Source: Alphaproteobacteria bacterium (lineage in GTDB: Bacteria; Pseudomonadota; Alphaproteobacteria; UBA828). From it: a stretch of 64,000 nucleotides of DNA. The translations under genes and the position numbers were made by a program. Of the stretch, positions 29,845-39,225 are shown in pieces; position 1 is the stretch's first letter, and every line of letters starts with the position of its first letter. The DNA is taken from contig CBDCQT010000011.1 in the NCBI GenBank assembly GCA_965220745.1, positions 32,001 through 96,000 on the forward strand. The letters run 5' to 3'. The notes below the pieces were generated by a model. That model was not told the DNA's origin and searched no databases. It saw only the letters and a list, made by a program, of their open reading frames with translations.

Positions 29845-30521
29845 GCCGGCCCACGCGTGAGGGGGACGAAGGCCACCGGCAGTACCGACTTCGCCTCACA
29901 CGAGCCGTCGGCGCGCTTGCGCAGACGCTGCAGTTGCTGGGTCGCGCCGGCAGGGCCGACGGGGATTACCAAGTTGCCGCCGGGTCCGAGCTGATCCACC
30001 AGCGCTGGCGGCACAGCAGGCGATGCCGCAGTCACGATGATGCCGTCGAACGGCGCTTCCTCCGGCCAGCCTGCATGGCCGTCCCCGGCGCGCACCGTGG
30101 CCCGCGCATAGCCCAGCGCCTTGAGGCGCGCCGCCGCCGCCATCGCCAGCGGCTCCACGACCTCGACCGAATGGATGGTGGCATCCAGCGCGCAGAGGAT
30201 GGCGGTCTGGTAGCCGCAGCCGGTGCCGACCTCCAGGACGCGCGCGCCCGGCTCGACATCGAGAAGCTCGGTCATCAGGGCGACGACGAAAGGTTGCGAG
30301 ATGGTCTGGCCGTGGCCGATGGGGAGCGGCCTGTTCTCGTAGGCGAACGCTGCCTCCGCCTCGGGCACGAAGGCCGCGCGCGGCACGGTGCGCATGGCCT
30401 CCATGACAGCATCGCCGAAGACCGGCCGTTCGGTCTTGCCGCCTGTCTCATGCGCGTCGCGCGCAATCGCCTCCAGCATGGTGTCGGCGGTCGCGCTCGC
30501 TCCAAGCAAATTGCGCAGCAT
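29841..30521 (-). CDS. pcm: Protein-L-isoaspartate O-methyltransferase
   Basis: PLPIGHGQTISQP, VLEVGTGCGYQTA, APFDGIIVTAA, FVPL; start uncertain. Confidence 0.9.
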   Translation of the reverse strand: MLRNLLGASATADTMLEAIARDAHETGGKTERPVFGDAVMEAMRTVPRAAFVPEAEAAFAYENRPLPIGHGQTISQPFVVALMTELLDVEPGARVLEVGTGCGYQTAILCALDATIHSVEVVEPLAMAAAARLKALGYARATVRAGDGHAGWPEEAPFDGIIVTAASPAVPPALVDQLGPGGNLVIPVGPAGATQQLQRLRKRADGSCEAKSVLPVAFVPLTRGPA

Positions 30522-30544
30522 CGTCCGCGCGCGCCTCCGCCCCG

Positions 30545-31564
30545 CTAGCGGAGGTGAGGGATTACCTTGGTCGCGTATTCGGCGACCATTCGTTCCTGGT
30601 CTTCCGTCATCAGGTAGAGCGCGAACTGCGTGACCCCGGCCGCTTCCAGCGCCTTGATCTTCTCCACATGGGCCTCGGCCGGGCCGATCAGGCAAAACGA
30701 TTCGGTGATGGCGTCGGTGACGTAGTGCACGTTGTCGGAGCCCGCGACCGCGTGCTTGTGATAGTCGTAGCCCTCGTCCGCGCCGCGCCCTTGGCGCGCG
30801 GCGATGAAGGCGGTCAAGCTCTCCGGCACTAGGTCCGTATCCGCACCGTGGCGCTCCACGATGTCGGCGACATGGTTGCCGACCACGGCGGGGAACCAGC
30901 TGGTCTGGGCGATGGCGGTCTCGCGGTCGCCGATCCAGGCCGGCGCGCAGGAGAGCACGCGGTATCCGGCCGCATCGAGGCCGGCCGCCTCGCGCGCCGC
31001 GAGCGCTTGGCCAGCCATCCACTGGCAGAGCCCCGGATCGGCCAGCTGGATCACCAGCCCGTCCCCGTGTGCGCCGGCGGCAGCAAGCGCGCGCGGGCCG
31101 TAAGCCGCGATCCAGATGGGCAGGTCGTATGGGTCGGCCCAGTCGAGTTGAACCGGCCCCCTGGCGCCGTCGTATTCGCACGCCTCGCCCCGCAACATGG
31201 TGCGGAGCGCGTCGCAGTATTCGGTGAGCGTCTCGACCGTCGCGGGACGATGGCCCATGACGCGCACCGAGCTGTCGCCCCGGCCCACCGCCACGTCGAC
31301 CCGGCCGTCGCCAAGCTGAACCAGCCGCGCGAAGATGCTGGCGGCGACCGACCAGTCGCGCACCCTGGGGTTGGTGACCAGCGGCCCGACCCGGATGCGC
31401 TTCGTATGGTCCAGGCAAACCGCCATCTGGGTGTAGACGTCAGACCACAGGATGTGCGAATCCGCGAACCACATGTAGTCGAAGCCGGCGGCCTCGGCTT
31501 GATGGGCGAGCGCGACCGTGCGGCGCACGTCGAGGTCGCCCTTGATACTGATGCCCAGTTCCAT
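30545..31564 (-). CDS. LLM-class oxidoreductase, probable F420-dependent TIGR03842-like family
   Basis: GFDYMWFADSHILW, VTNP.VRD.SV.AS, GRGDSSVRVMG, AAYGP.AL, WFPA.VGNHVAD, GYDY..H. Confidence 0.82.
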   Translation of the reverse strand: MELGISIKGDLDVRRTVALAHQAEAAGFDYMWFADSHILWSDVYTQMAVCLDHTKRIRVGPLVTNPRVRDWSVAASIFARLVQLGDGRVDVAVGRGDSSVRVMGHRPATVETLTEYCDALRTMLRGEACEYDGARGPVQLDWADPYDLPIWIAAYGPRALAAAGAHGDGLVIQLADPGLCQWMAGQALAAREAAGLDAAGYRVLSCAPAWIGDRETAIAQTSWFPAVVGNHVADIVERHGADTDLVPESLTAFIAARQGRGADEGYDYHKHAVAGSDNVHYVTDAITESFCLIGPAEAHVEKIKALEAAGVTQFALYLMTEDQERMVAEYATKVIPHLR

Positions 31565-31733
31565 GATGCCCCCTCACTCAGCGACGATCGCGGCCCGACT
31601 GGAGGATGGCACAGTCCCGCCTGGCCCGCCACGCGCCCGGCAGGCACGCCTGCCAAACGCCCGCCCGCCGTGCTAAACCCCGGTCCCAGCGGCGCCCGGC
31701 GCCGCCTCCCGGCCCCAGTGAGCGACGGCGAGC

Positions 31734-33071
31734 ATGAGCAAGCGGCAGATGGTCCTGGTGGGCTTCCTCCAGGCGCAGAACTGCTCCAACTACCCGGCGT
31801 CCTGGCGTCACCCGGAGTCCGCCTCGGATTTCCTCACCGCCGACTACTACCAGCGCATCGCGCGCATCCTCGAGGCCGGTAAGTTCCATCTCGCCTTCTT
31901 CGACGACCGCCTCGCGCTGCCGGACATCTACGGCGGCGACCATGCCGAAGCGGTGCGCAACGGGGTGCGGGTGGTCAAGATGGACCCGATCCCAATCCTC
32001 ACGTTGATGGGCGCGGCCACCACGCGGCTCGGGCTGGGCGCGACCTGCTCGACCACCTACTACCAGCCGTTCCACGTCGCGCGCATGTTCTCCACACTCG
32101 ACCACATGAGCGGCGGCCGTGCCGCCTGGAACGTGGTGACGTCGCTCAACGATTCCGAGGCCGCAAACTACGGCGCGGACAGGGTGATCGAGCATAACGA
32201 GCGCTACGACCGTGCCGACGAGTTCATGGAGGTGGTCCTCGGCCACTGGGGTGCGTGGGACGAGGACGCCATCGTCCTCGACAAGGAGCAGGGCCTTTTC
32301 GCCGACCCGGCGGGGGTGCATCGCCTCGACCACGAGGGCCGCTTCCTGCGCTCGCGCGGGCCGTTCACCGTGCCGCGCACGCCGCAGGGGCGCCCCATCG
32401 TGATCCAGGCCGGCCAGAGCGGGCGCGGACGGCAGTTCGCGGCTCGCTGGGCCGACGTGATCTTCGCGATCTATCCCACCCTGGAGTTCGGCCAGAAGGC
32501 CTACGCGGCGACGCGGGAGGCGGCCATCGCCGCCGGCCGTGACCCGGACTCCTGCCGCGTGGCGCCGGCGGCCTACGTCACGGTGGCCGAAACCCAGGCG
32601 GAGGCGGAGGACAAGGCCGCCTTCATCGCCGGTCTCGCGCGGCCCATCGACACGCTGGCGCTGCTCTCCGAAGCGCTCAACTACGACTTCGCGACCAAGC
32701 CTGCGGGCGAGCCCTTCACCGACGAGCAGATGGCCTCCATCAGTGGCCTCCAGGCGATCCGTGACCGTGTGGTGACCCTGAGCGGCAATCCGCACCCGAC
32801 GGTCGAGGATTTCGTGACCTACAGCCGGCGGGGCACGGTGAACGAGATGCCTCATTTCGTGGGCACGCCAGCGGCGGTCGCCGATCAGATGGCGGAATGG
32901 TTCGAGAGCGAGGCCTGCGACGGCTTCGTGCTCGCCGCGACCCACATGCCGGGCGCCTACGAGGATGTCGCCCGCCTCGTGGTGCCCGAGCTGCAGCGTC
33001 GCGGCATCTACCACGAGGACTATGCCGGACCCACGCTCCGGGAGAATCTGGGCCTGGGAAACGCGCTATGA
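31734..33071 (+). CDS. NtaA/SnaA/DszA-family FMNH2-dependent monooxygenase
   Basis: LQAQNCS, SWRHP, TLDHMSGGRAAWNVVTS, PQGRP..IQAGQS.RGR.FAAR, TLRENLGL. Confidence 0.92.
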   Translation: MSKRQMVLVGFLQAQNCSNYPASWRHPESASDFLTADYYQRIARILEAGKFHLAFFDDRLALPDIYGGDHAEAVRNGVRVVKMDPIPILTLMGAATTRLGLGATCSTTYYQPFHVARMFSTLDHMSGGRAAWNVVTSLNDSEAANYGADRVIEHNERYDRADEFMEVVLGHWGAWDEDAIVLDKEQGLFADPAGVHRLDHEGRFLRSRGPFTVPRTPQGRPIVIQAGQSGRGRQFAARWADVIFAIYPTLEFGQKAYAATREAAIAAGRDPDSCRVAPAAYVTVAETQAEAEDKAAFIAGLARPIDTLALLSEALNYDFATKPAGEPFTDEQMASISGLQAIRDRVVTLSGNPHPTVEDFVTYSRRGTVNEMPHFVGTPAAVADQMAEWFESEACDGFVLAATHMPGAYEDVARLVVPELQRRGIYHEDYAGPTLRENLGLGNAL

Positions 33072-33078
33072 TCGCGCC

Positions 33079-34545
33079 ATGAGTGTCAAGGACGGTGCTG
33101 CCCATTTGCGCGCGCTCGACAAGGACCGGGCGGTCTATCTCGACGGCGAGTTGATCACGCGCGTCGCCGACCATCCGGCCTTCGCTTCTGCCTGCCGCTC
33201 TGCGGCCGCCCTCTACGACTTCCAGGCGGCCGCAGAGAACGTCGAGCGCATGACCTTCGAGACCGAGACCGGCCGCCGCGCGAACCGCGCCTGGCAGATG
33301 CCGCAGAGCTACACCGAGCTGGTCGCAAGGCGGGAGGCGCTCACCGCCTGGGCCGAGCTTCATGCAGGCTTCCTCGGCCGCTCGCCCGATCACCTCGCCT
33401 CCTCCATCGCGGGCCAGGCGATTGGGATCGAGGTCTTCGAGCGCCACGGCGCGCGCCACGCCCAGGCGCTCCGCGACTACTACGCCTACGCGCGCGACAA
33501 CGACCTTTACCTCACCTACGTCATCATCAACCCGCAGGGCGACCGCTCCAAGGCGTGGGGCGAGCAGGAAAGCGAAGAGATGACCATGCGGGTCGTCGAC
33601 GAGGACGCGGAAGGCGTGACAGTGCGGGGCGCCAAGATGCTCGGCACCGGCTCGGTCATGGCCGAGGAAATCCTGGTTGCGAACCTGCAGCCGTTGCAGC
33701 CGGGGGAGGAGCGTTTCGCCATCTCCTTCGCGCTGCCGCTCGATACCCGCGGCCTCAAGGTGCTCTCGCGCAAGAGCTACGAGGCGAGCGCCGTCAGCGC
33801 CTGGGACAATCCGCTCTCCCACCGCTTCGACGAGAACGATTCCGTCGTCTACTTCGATGACGTAAAGGTGCCGTGGGAGCGGATCTTCGTCTTAGGCGAC
33901 ACGGACATGTGCCGGGCGCAGTTCCACGACACGCCGGGGCACGTCTTCCAGAACTACCAGTCGCAGGTCCGTCTGGTGGTGAAGCTCAAATTCCTGCTGG
34001 CAGTTGCGCGCCGCATCGCCGAGACCATCGGCACCGCCAAGATGCCGCCGGTGATGGGGCAGCTCGGCGAGATGGCGGCCGAGGTCGCAGCCGTGGAAGG
34101 GCTGCTTTACGGCATGGAGAGCGCGGGCGGCATGGTGGGCGAGCACTACGTGCCCAATGCGAGTATGATGTACGCAGCCCAGGTCCAGACCCAGGCCCTC
34201 TACCCACGCCTGATCGACGGGATCCGCTCTCTCGCTGGCGGCAGCCTGATCATGCTGCCGTCGTCTGTGGCGGACCTGGACAACCCGGACATCGCGCCCC
34301 TGATCGAGCGCACCCAGGTTTCCTCGCGACCCGGCGAGGGCGCTGCCGAGCGGATGGCGTTGATGAAGCTTGCCTGGGACGCGGTGGGCTCCGAGTTCGC
34401 CGGCCGCCACACCCAGTACGAGATGTTCTACGCGGGCGCCAAGTTCGTCACCACCGCGCACTGCTTCAGGCGCTACGACTGGGCAGGCGCCGATCGCATC
34501 CTGGAGGGGCTGATGGCCGGCAACGAGGGCCCCGGCGCGCCGTGA
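33079..34545 (+). CDS. 4-hydroxyphenylacetate 3-hydroxylase family (HpaB-like) FADH2-dependent monooxygenase
   Basis: GFLGRSPDH, INPQGDR, GAKML.T, RFDENDS...FDDV.VPWER.F, GRH.QYE.FYAG. Confidence 0.92.
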   Translation: MSVKDGAAHLRALDKDRAVYLDGELITRVADHPAFASACRSAAALYDFQAAAENVERMTFETETGRRANRAWQMPQSYTELVARREALTAWAELHAGFLGRSPDHLASSIAGQAIGIEVFERHGARHAQALRDYYAYARDNDLYLTYVIINPQGDRSKAWGEQESEEMTMRVVDEDAEGVTVRGAKMLGTGSVMAEEILVANLQPLQPGEERFAISFALPLDTRGLKVLSRKSYEASAVSAWDNPLSHRFDENDSVVYFDDVKVPWERIFVLGDTDMCRAQFHDTPGHVFQNYQSQVRLVVKLKFLLAVARRIAETIGTAKMPPVMGQLGEMAAEVAAVEGLLYGMESAGGMVGEHYVPNASMMYAAQVQTQALYPRLIDGIRSLAGGSLIMLPSSVADLDNPDIAPLIERTQVSSRPGEGAAERMALMKLAWDAVGSEFAGRHTQYEMFYAGAKFVTTAHCFRRYDWAGADRILEGLMAGNEGPGAP

Positions 34546-35729
34546 GGGTCGGCGTCGTCAATCTCGGCGCCATCGTCTCCGGCGACTGGCGCGAGCCCTT
34601 CGTCGAAGGCGATGCCCTCGTCGCGGCCGACGGCATCCTGGAAGCCGTCGGCCAGGTGCCGCCTGCCGCCCTCGACGCTTGCGAGATCGTGATCGACGCG
34701 GGCGGGGCGACCGCGATTCCGGGGCTGATCGATTCCCAGGTCCACGTCACCTTCGGCGACTTCACGCCGCGCCAGAACACAGTGGGCTACCTCACGAGCT
34801 ACGTCCACGGCGGCACCACCACGGCGATCTCCGCCTCGGAGGTGCATGTGCCCGGCCGGCCGAAAGACCCCGCCGGGGTCAAGGCGCTGGCGGTCGCGGC
34901 CTTCAAGTGCTTCGAGCATTACCGGCCGGGGGGCATGCGCGTGCACGGCGGCTCCATCATCCTGGAGCCCGGCCTCACCCGCGCGGATTTCGACGACGTG
35001 CACCGCGACGGCGTCTGGCTCGCCAAGGCCGGCTTCGGCGCGGTGGAGACAGCGCGGGATTACGTGGCACTGGTACGCCACGCCAGGGACGCCGGCCTGC
35101 TCACGACGCTGCACACAGGCGGCGCCTCGATCCCCGGCTCCTTCCCCATCACCGGCGCGGACCTGATTGCCATCGACCCCACGGTCTCCTTCCACATCAA
35201 CGGCGGGCCAGTCGCCATCGAGGACCGCTATTTCGAGCAAGTGGCGGCGGAGACCGGGATCGCCATGCAGGTCTGCACCGCCGGCAACCTGCGGACCACG
35301 CTGCTCTGCGCCGAGATGGCGCGCAAGCACGACGCCTTCGACCGCTTCCTGATCGCCACCGACACGCCGACCGGCAGCGGCGTCATGCCGCTCGGCATGA
35401 TCTACACCATGGTCCACATCGCCTCGCTCGCCGGCTTCGACCCGACCTGGATGATCGCCGCCTCCACCGGCAACGTGGCGGAAATCTACGGTCTCAACAG
35501 CGGCTTCCTCAGGCCGGGGCGGGATGCGGACGTGGTCATCATCGACGCCCCGCTCGGCGCCACCAAGCCCGATGCGCTCTCGACCATGAGCAATGGCGAT
35601 CCGGTCGCCATCGGCGCGGTCATCACCGACGGCATTCCCCGCTTCGTCGGCCGCAGCCGCAACACCCCGCCGACCACCCGCAAGGTCGCCGTCGCCCGCT
35701 GCGAGGTCCCGGCCTTCGATCCGGCTTAG
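34542..35729 (+). CDS. Enamidase-like amidohydrolase
   Basis: N.GAIVSGD, GDFTPRQ, HGG.TT.ISA, PGRPKD..G.KALA, HTGG.SIPGS, HINGGP, SRNTPP; GTG start overlapping the upstream stop. Confidence 0.85.
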   Translation: MRVGVVNLGAIVSGDWREPFVEGDALVAADGILEAVGQVPPAALDACEIVIDAGGATAIPGLIDSQVHVTFGDFTPRQNTVGYLTSYVHGGTTTAISASEVHVPGRPKDPAGVKALAVAAFKCFEHYRPGGMRVHGGSIILEPGLTRADFDDVHRDGVWLAKAGFGAVETARDYVALVRHARDAGLLTTLHTGGASIPGSFPITGADLIAIDPTVSFHINGGPVAIEDRYFEQVAAETGIAMQVCTAGNLRTTLLCAEMARKHDAFDRFLIATDTPTGSGVMPLGMIYTMVHIASLAGFDPTWMIAASTGNVAEIYGLNSGFLRPGRDADVVIIDAPLGATKPDALSTMSNGDPVAIGAVITDGIPRFVGRSRNTPPTTRKVAVARCEVPAFDPA

Positions 35730-35828
35730 GCGCTCCAGCTACGTCTGCCCGCGTTATCGTTAGTCTTGCCGGTAGCGACGCACGATGACATGGTGGCGGA
35801 ACTCGAGTAGGCCAATTGGGGAGGTGCC

Positions 35829-36362
35829 ATGACCGAGTTTCGCCTTAACTGGGATAAGGCACTCGAAGCGATCGTCTGGTTGGCGCGCAGACAGCCAGAC
35901 ATAGATTTCTTTCACATTTCGAAAGTCCTCTATTACGCGGACAAAGCACACATTTTGCGCTACGGCCGACCGGTGACTGGCGATGTTTACATCGCCATGG
36001 CTCATGGACCGGTGCCATCCGGCGTCTACGATCTCCTGAAGATTGATCCGTTCTTGCCTGACGAACTGCTGAAAAAACTTGACGACGCGGTGGAGATCGA
36101 CCCCCCCCACGTGCTCGCACGCCGCGTGGCGAACGAAGATGTTCTCTCTGGAAGCGATATCGAGGTGCTGGAACAGGCTTGGGGGCAATACGCCAGTTTG
36201 CCATTCGGAGAGTTGAGCAAGCTGTCCCACCAGGAGCGCGCTTATGTCGAGGCAAGCCCTAACGGCGCGATGGACATAGAACTACTGGTGGATGAAGACG
36301 ACCCTGACAAAGACGATCTCATGAAGGAAATCCGGGAAAAGGCTGCATACGGAGTGTTGTAA
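35829..36362 (+). CDS. Panacea domain (DUF4065/SocA-like) antitoxin
   Basis: KVLYYADKAH...YGRPVTGD.Y.AM.HGPVPS..YD, L.GS..E.L, L...SH.E.A. Confidence 0.85.
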   Translation: MTEFRLNWDKALEAIVWLARRQPDIDFFHISKVLYYADKAHILRYGRPVTGDVYIAMAHGPVPSGVYDLLKIDPFLPDELLKKLDDAVEIDPPHVLARRVANEDVLSGSDIEVLEQAWGQYASLPFGELSKLSHQERAYVEASPNGAMDIELLVDEDDPDKDDLMKEIREKAAYGVL

Positions 36363-36730
36363 TGCCGCTAGCCAGCGGCGATGTATTGTACGTTTGGTGC
36401 GACCGGATTACCCCTCCACACGCCAAGTATTGCATTTGCGTGTCGCCGGAGGACCGTTGGTTCTTGTTCATCAACACCAAGCCGCCTCGAGCCAGGGAGG
36501 CTGCGGTTCTTATTCGCTCCTACGAACTCGATTGCCTGGATCATAATTCCTACGTGGACACGTCATTCGTCTACATGTTGTCGGAGGACGAAATCGCTTC
36601 CGCGCTCGCGCGCAGAAACAGGCACAAGGGGCCGCTTAGCAACATGCTGAAGCTGCGCATCAAAACGAACGTGCGCAACCATAACCTGTTACGGAAAGAG
36701 CTTCGCGACGCGATTATGTACCGGCTTTAG
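36362..36730 (+). CDS. Hypothetical protein, candidate cognate toxin (MazF/PemK-like pattern)
   Basis: TAATG coupling to Panacea gene; GDV...P.K..ICVS...L.HNSYVD...G.L pattern. Confidence 0.6.
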   Translation: MPLASGDVLYVWCDRITPPHAKYCICVSPEDRWFLFINTKPPRAREAAVLIRSYELDCLDHNSYVDTSFVYMLSEDEIASALARRNRHKGPLSNMLKLRIKTNVRNHNLLRKELRDAIMYRL

Positions 36731-36817
36731 GCTGACGCAGCCGCTGCTCGGAGCGAATCCGGCGGGAGTGGGGCTCGGTAATCCGGGAAGTCGTGACCCG
36801 GAGGCGACGAGGTATAT

Positions 36818-37477
36818 TCAGTCGATCTCGTCTTCGGGAACGATCCAGGGTTCTTCAAGTGCCGCGTCGCGCCATTCAACGAAGGCCGGGAGGGTCAGCA
36901 CGGCGCGGCTGTAGGCAGCGCAGGTCGTGTCGAGGTCGACGCCGTAGGTATCCAATCGGGTGACGACTGGCGCGTACATGGCGTCCGCTGCGCAGAAGGC
37001 ACCGAACAGGAATTCGCCGCCGGCGCCGTAGCGGCTGCGGCAATCGCGCCAGATCTCGCAGATGCGGGCGATGTCGTCGTCGACGCCCGGCCCGCGGCCC
37101 TTCCCCTTGAGATTGAGGCGGCGCAGGTTCATGGGCATGTGGTTGCGGAGTGCGGTGAAGCCCGCGTGCATCTCGTTGGCAATCGCGCGTGCCGTGGCGC
37201 GCGCATCGCGGTCCTCGGGCCAGAGCCCCGCGTCCGGGAACAGCTCGTTGGCGTATTCGATGATCGCGAGGGTCTCCCAGACAGTGCGTTCGCCGTGCAA
37301 CAGCACGGGAACGCGCCCAGAGGGCGAAACGGCGGCGATGGCCTCCCTCCAGTTGTCGTCGAACAGCAAGAGCAGCTGCTCCTCGAACGGGATTCCGGCG
37401 TGGCGCAGCGTCAGCCAGGGTCGCAGCGACCAGGATGAGTAGTTCTTGTTGCCGATAATCAGGGTTAGGTCGCTCAT
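36818..37477 (-). CDS. Glutathione S-transferase family protein
   Basis: IGNKNYSSWSLRPW, SPSGRVPVL, EMHAGF, ADAMYAPVVTR. Confidence 0.93.
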   Translation of the reverse strand: MSDLTLIIGNKNYSSWSLRPWLTLRHAGIPFEEQLLLLFDDNWREAIAAVSPSGRVPVLLHGERTVWETLAIIEYANELFPDAGLWPEDRDARATARAIANEMHAGFTALRNHMPMNLRRLNLKGKGRGPGVDDDIARICEIWRDCRSRYGAGGEFLFGAFCAADAMYAPVVTRLDTYGVDLDTTCAAYSRAVLTLPAFVEWRDAALEEPWIVPEDEID

Positions 37478-37556
37478 GGCGCTACGCACCTACACTCCAG
37501 GTTTCTCAGGGCCGCGCACTATAACGCCGCGTGCTTCGCCGGCAATTACTGGTGAT

Positions 37557-37970
37557 CTAACGGGTCGCGTCGATGGTTTGGACGTGGCCGCCAGCGGCGT
37601 AGGAGAGGATGGCGAAATCGGCCGTGAGCAGCGGCGCGCCGCACTGACGGGCAGTCGCAATGATGAGGCGATCGGCAGGATCGGCACGAAACGCCCCGGG
37701 CAGCCGCACGCTGTCGGCGGCAATCGCGGGTTCGATGGGGAGAAGCTTGACGCCCGGCAGGGCGAGCACCGCCCTGATCCACGCGCCGACCTCCTGCGCG
37801 AGCCGAAGGCGGCCCCGTTCCGCCAGCAAGGCAACTTCCCACGGCGTGATGGCGGAAACGCCGATGTCGTCCGACTGATTCGCCCCGGCAATGGCGGCGC
37901 GCGCCTCGGGCCCCAGCCGACGTTCGTCTTCGATGGCCCAGAGCAGCACGTGGGTATCGAGAACGATCAC
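37557..37970 (-). CDS. PIN-domain VapC toxin
   Basis: VLDTHVLLW, SAITPWE, DPADRLIIATA, LLTAD. Confidence 0.93.
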   Translation of the reverse strand: MIVLDTHVLLWAIEDERRLGPEARAAIAGANQSDDIGVSAITPWEVALLAERGRLRLAQEVGAWIRAVLALPGVKLLPIEPAIAADSVRLPGAFRADPADRLIIATARQCGAPLLTADFAILSYAAGGHVQTIDATR

Positions 37971-38209
37971 CGTGCGGCGTTCCAGTCGGCGGGATCGAGG
38001 GCCGGCAGGAAGGGGTCGTCGTAGGACAACACCGATCCCTTCATGGCGCCGATGATGGATCGATTCTCGCCTTCGGGCCGCACCGGCGCGAGCACGGCGA
38101 CCGGCCGGCCGCGATTGGTGATGGTCACCGGCTCGCCGTCTTCGCCCATCTCATTGATAATACGGAGACATTTCGCCTGAAATTCAGACGCCGCAATCGT
38201 CTTGCCCAT
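37967..38209 (-). CDS. Phd/YefM family antitoxin
   Basis: IAASEFQAKCL...GEPVTITNRGRPVAVL; overlaps vapC start. Confidence 0.9.
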   Translation of the reverse strand: MGKTIAASEFQAKCLRIINEMGEDGEPVTITNRGRPVAVLAPVRPEGENRSIIGAMKGSVLSYDDPFLPALDPADWNAAR

Positions 38210-38229
38210 GATTTCTGCCTGAAAAAAAT

Positions 38230-38241
38230 ACACGTACGTGT
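38230..38241. promoter_or_regulatory. Perfect palindrome ACACGTACGTGT, probable TA autorepression operator
   Basis: 12-bp palindrome in an AT-rich patch ~20 bp upstream of the antitoxin start. Confidence 0.55.
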
Positions 38242-38300
38242 TATATATACATATTATCAAAGAACGTCAATCCGGCGAGGCCGGTCTGATCCCGAAGGGC

Positions 38301-39005
38301 TCAGTCGCCGGAATCGTCCTCGTCGGCGCCGCTCATCAGCTGGGAGAAGCGCACCGGCAGGATTTCCTCGGTCTCGAACCGACCGTCCCCGTCCTTGGTG
38401 ACGAGCAACAGGCGCTGGTCGTCCTCCAGCCCGGCCGGGATCACCATGCGCCCGCCGGGCTTGAGCTGTTGCAAGAGCGCCGGCGGGAGCAGGTCGGGCG
38501 CCGCAGTCGCAATGATGCGGTCGTAGGGCGCGTGGTCGGGCCAGCCCAGGCTGCCGTCGCCGATGCGGAACTGCACGTTGCCGTAGCCCTGCTCGTCGAG
38601 CCGGCGGCGGCCGCTCTGGGCCAGCTCCTCGATCAGCTCGACCGTGTAGACCTCGGCCGCGAGCTCCGCCAGCAGCGCCGCCTGATAGCCGAGCCCGGTG
38701 CCGATTTCGAGCACCCGGTGCTCAGCGCCAATCTCCAGCAGGTCGGTCATCAGCGCGACGATGAAGGGCTGCGAGATGGTCTTGCCGCAACCGATGGGGA
38801 GCGGTGAATCGAGGTAGGCGTAGAGCGCCATTTCCACCGGCACGAAGGCGTGGCGAGGCACCCGCCCGATCGCCTCCATGACATCGCCCGCGATAGCGTC
38901 GCGGCCGGTCTTGCCGCTGACATGGTCGGCGTGAAGCGCCACCTGTTCGACCATGGTACGGCGCAGGATCGCGAATTGGTCTTCGTTGGTATTCGCCGCC
39001 GTCAT
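38301..39005 (-). CDS. pcm: Protein-L-isoaspartate O-methyltransferase (second paralog)
   Basis: PLPIGCGKTISQP, VLEIGTGLGYQAA, APYDRIIATAA. Confidence 0.9.
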   Translation of the reverse strand: MTAANTNEDQFAILRRTMVEQVALHADHVSGKTGRDAIAGDVMEAIGRVPRHAFVPVEMALYAYLDSPLPIGCGKTISQPFIVALMTDLLEIGAEHRVLEIGTGLGYQAALLAELAAEVYTVELIEELAQSGRRRLDEQGYGNVQFRIGDGSLGWPDHAPYDRIIATAAPDLLPPALLQQLKPGGRMVIPAGLEDDQRLLLVTKDGDGRFETEEILPVRFSQLMSGADEDDSGD

Positions 39006-39225
39006 GGCTCGTTCCTGCGCCTCGGCGCACGCGTGCTCGCGGGCACCGCGCCCGCCCGTCGCCCCGAAGGGGCGCCACAGAGTGTCACCCCGATTGCTGC
39101 TATAAGTAACGCATCTGCGCGACAGCCGCGAGCCCACCGGTGACGATCCTCTGCCGCGACCGCCCTTGCGCGGGGAGACCGCCCCGCTCTGATGCAGCCC
39201 GCCAAGCCGGGCGTCCAGCCCGCGC

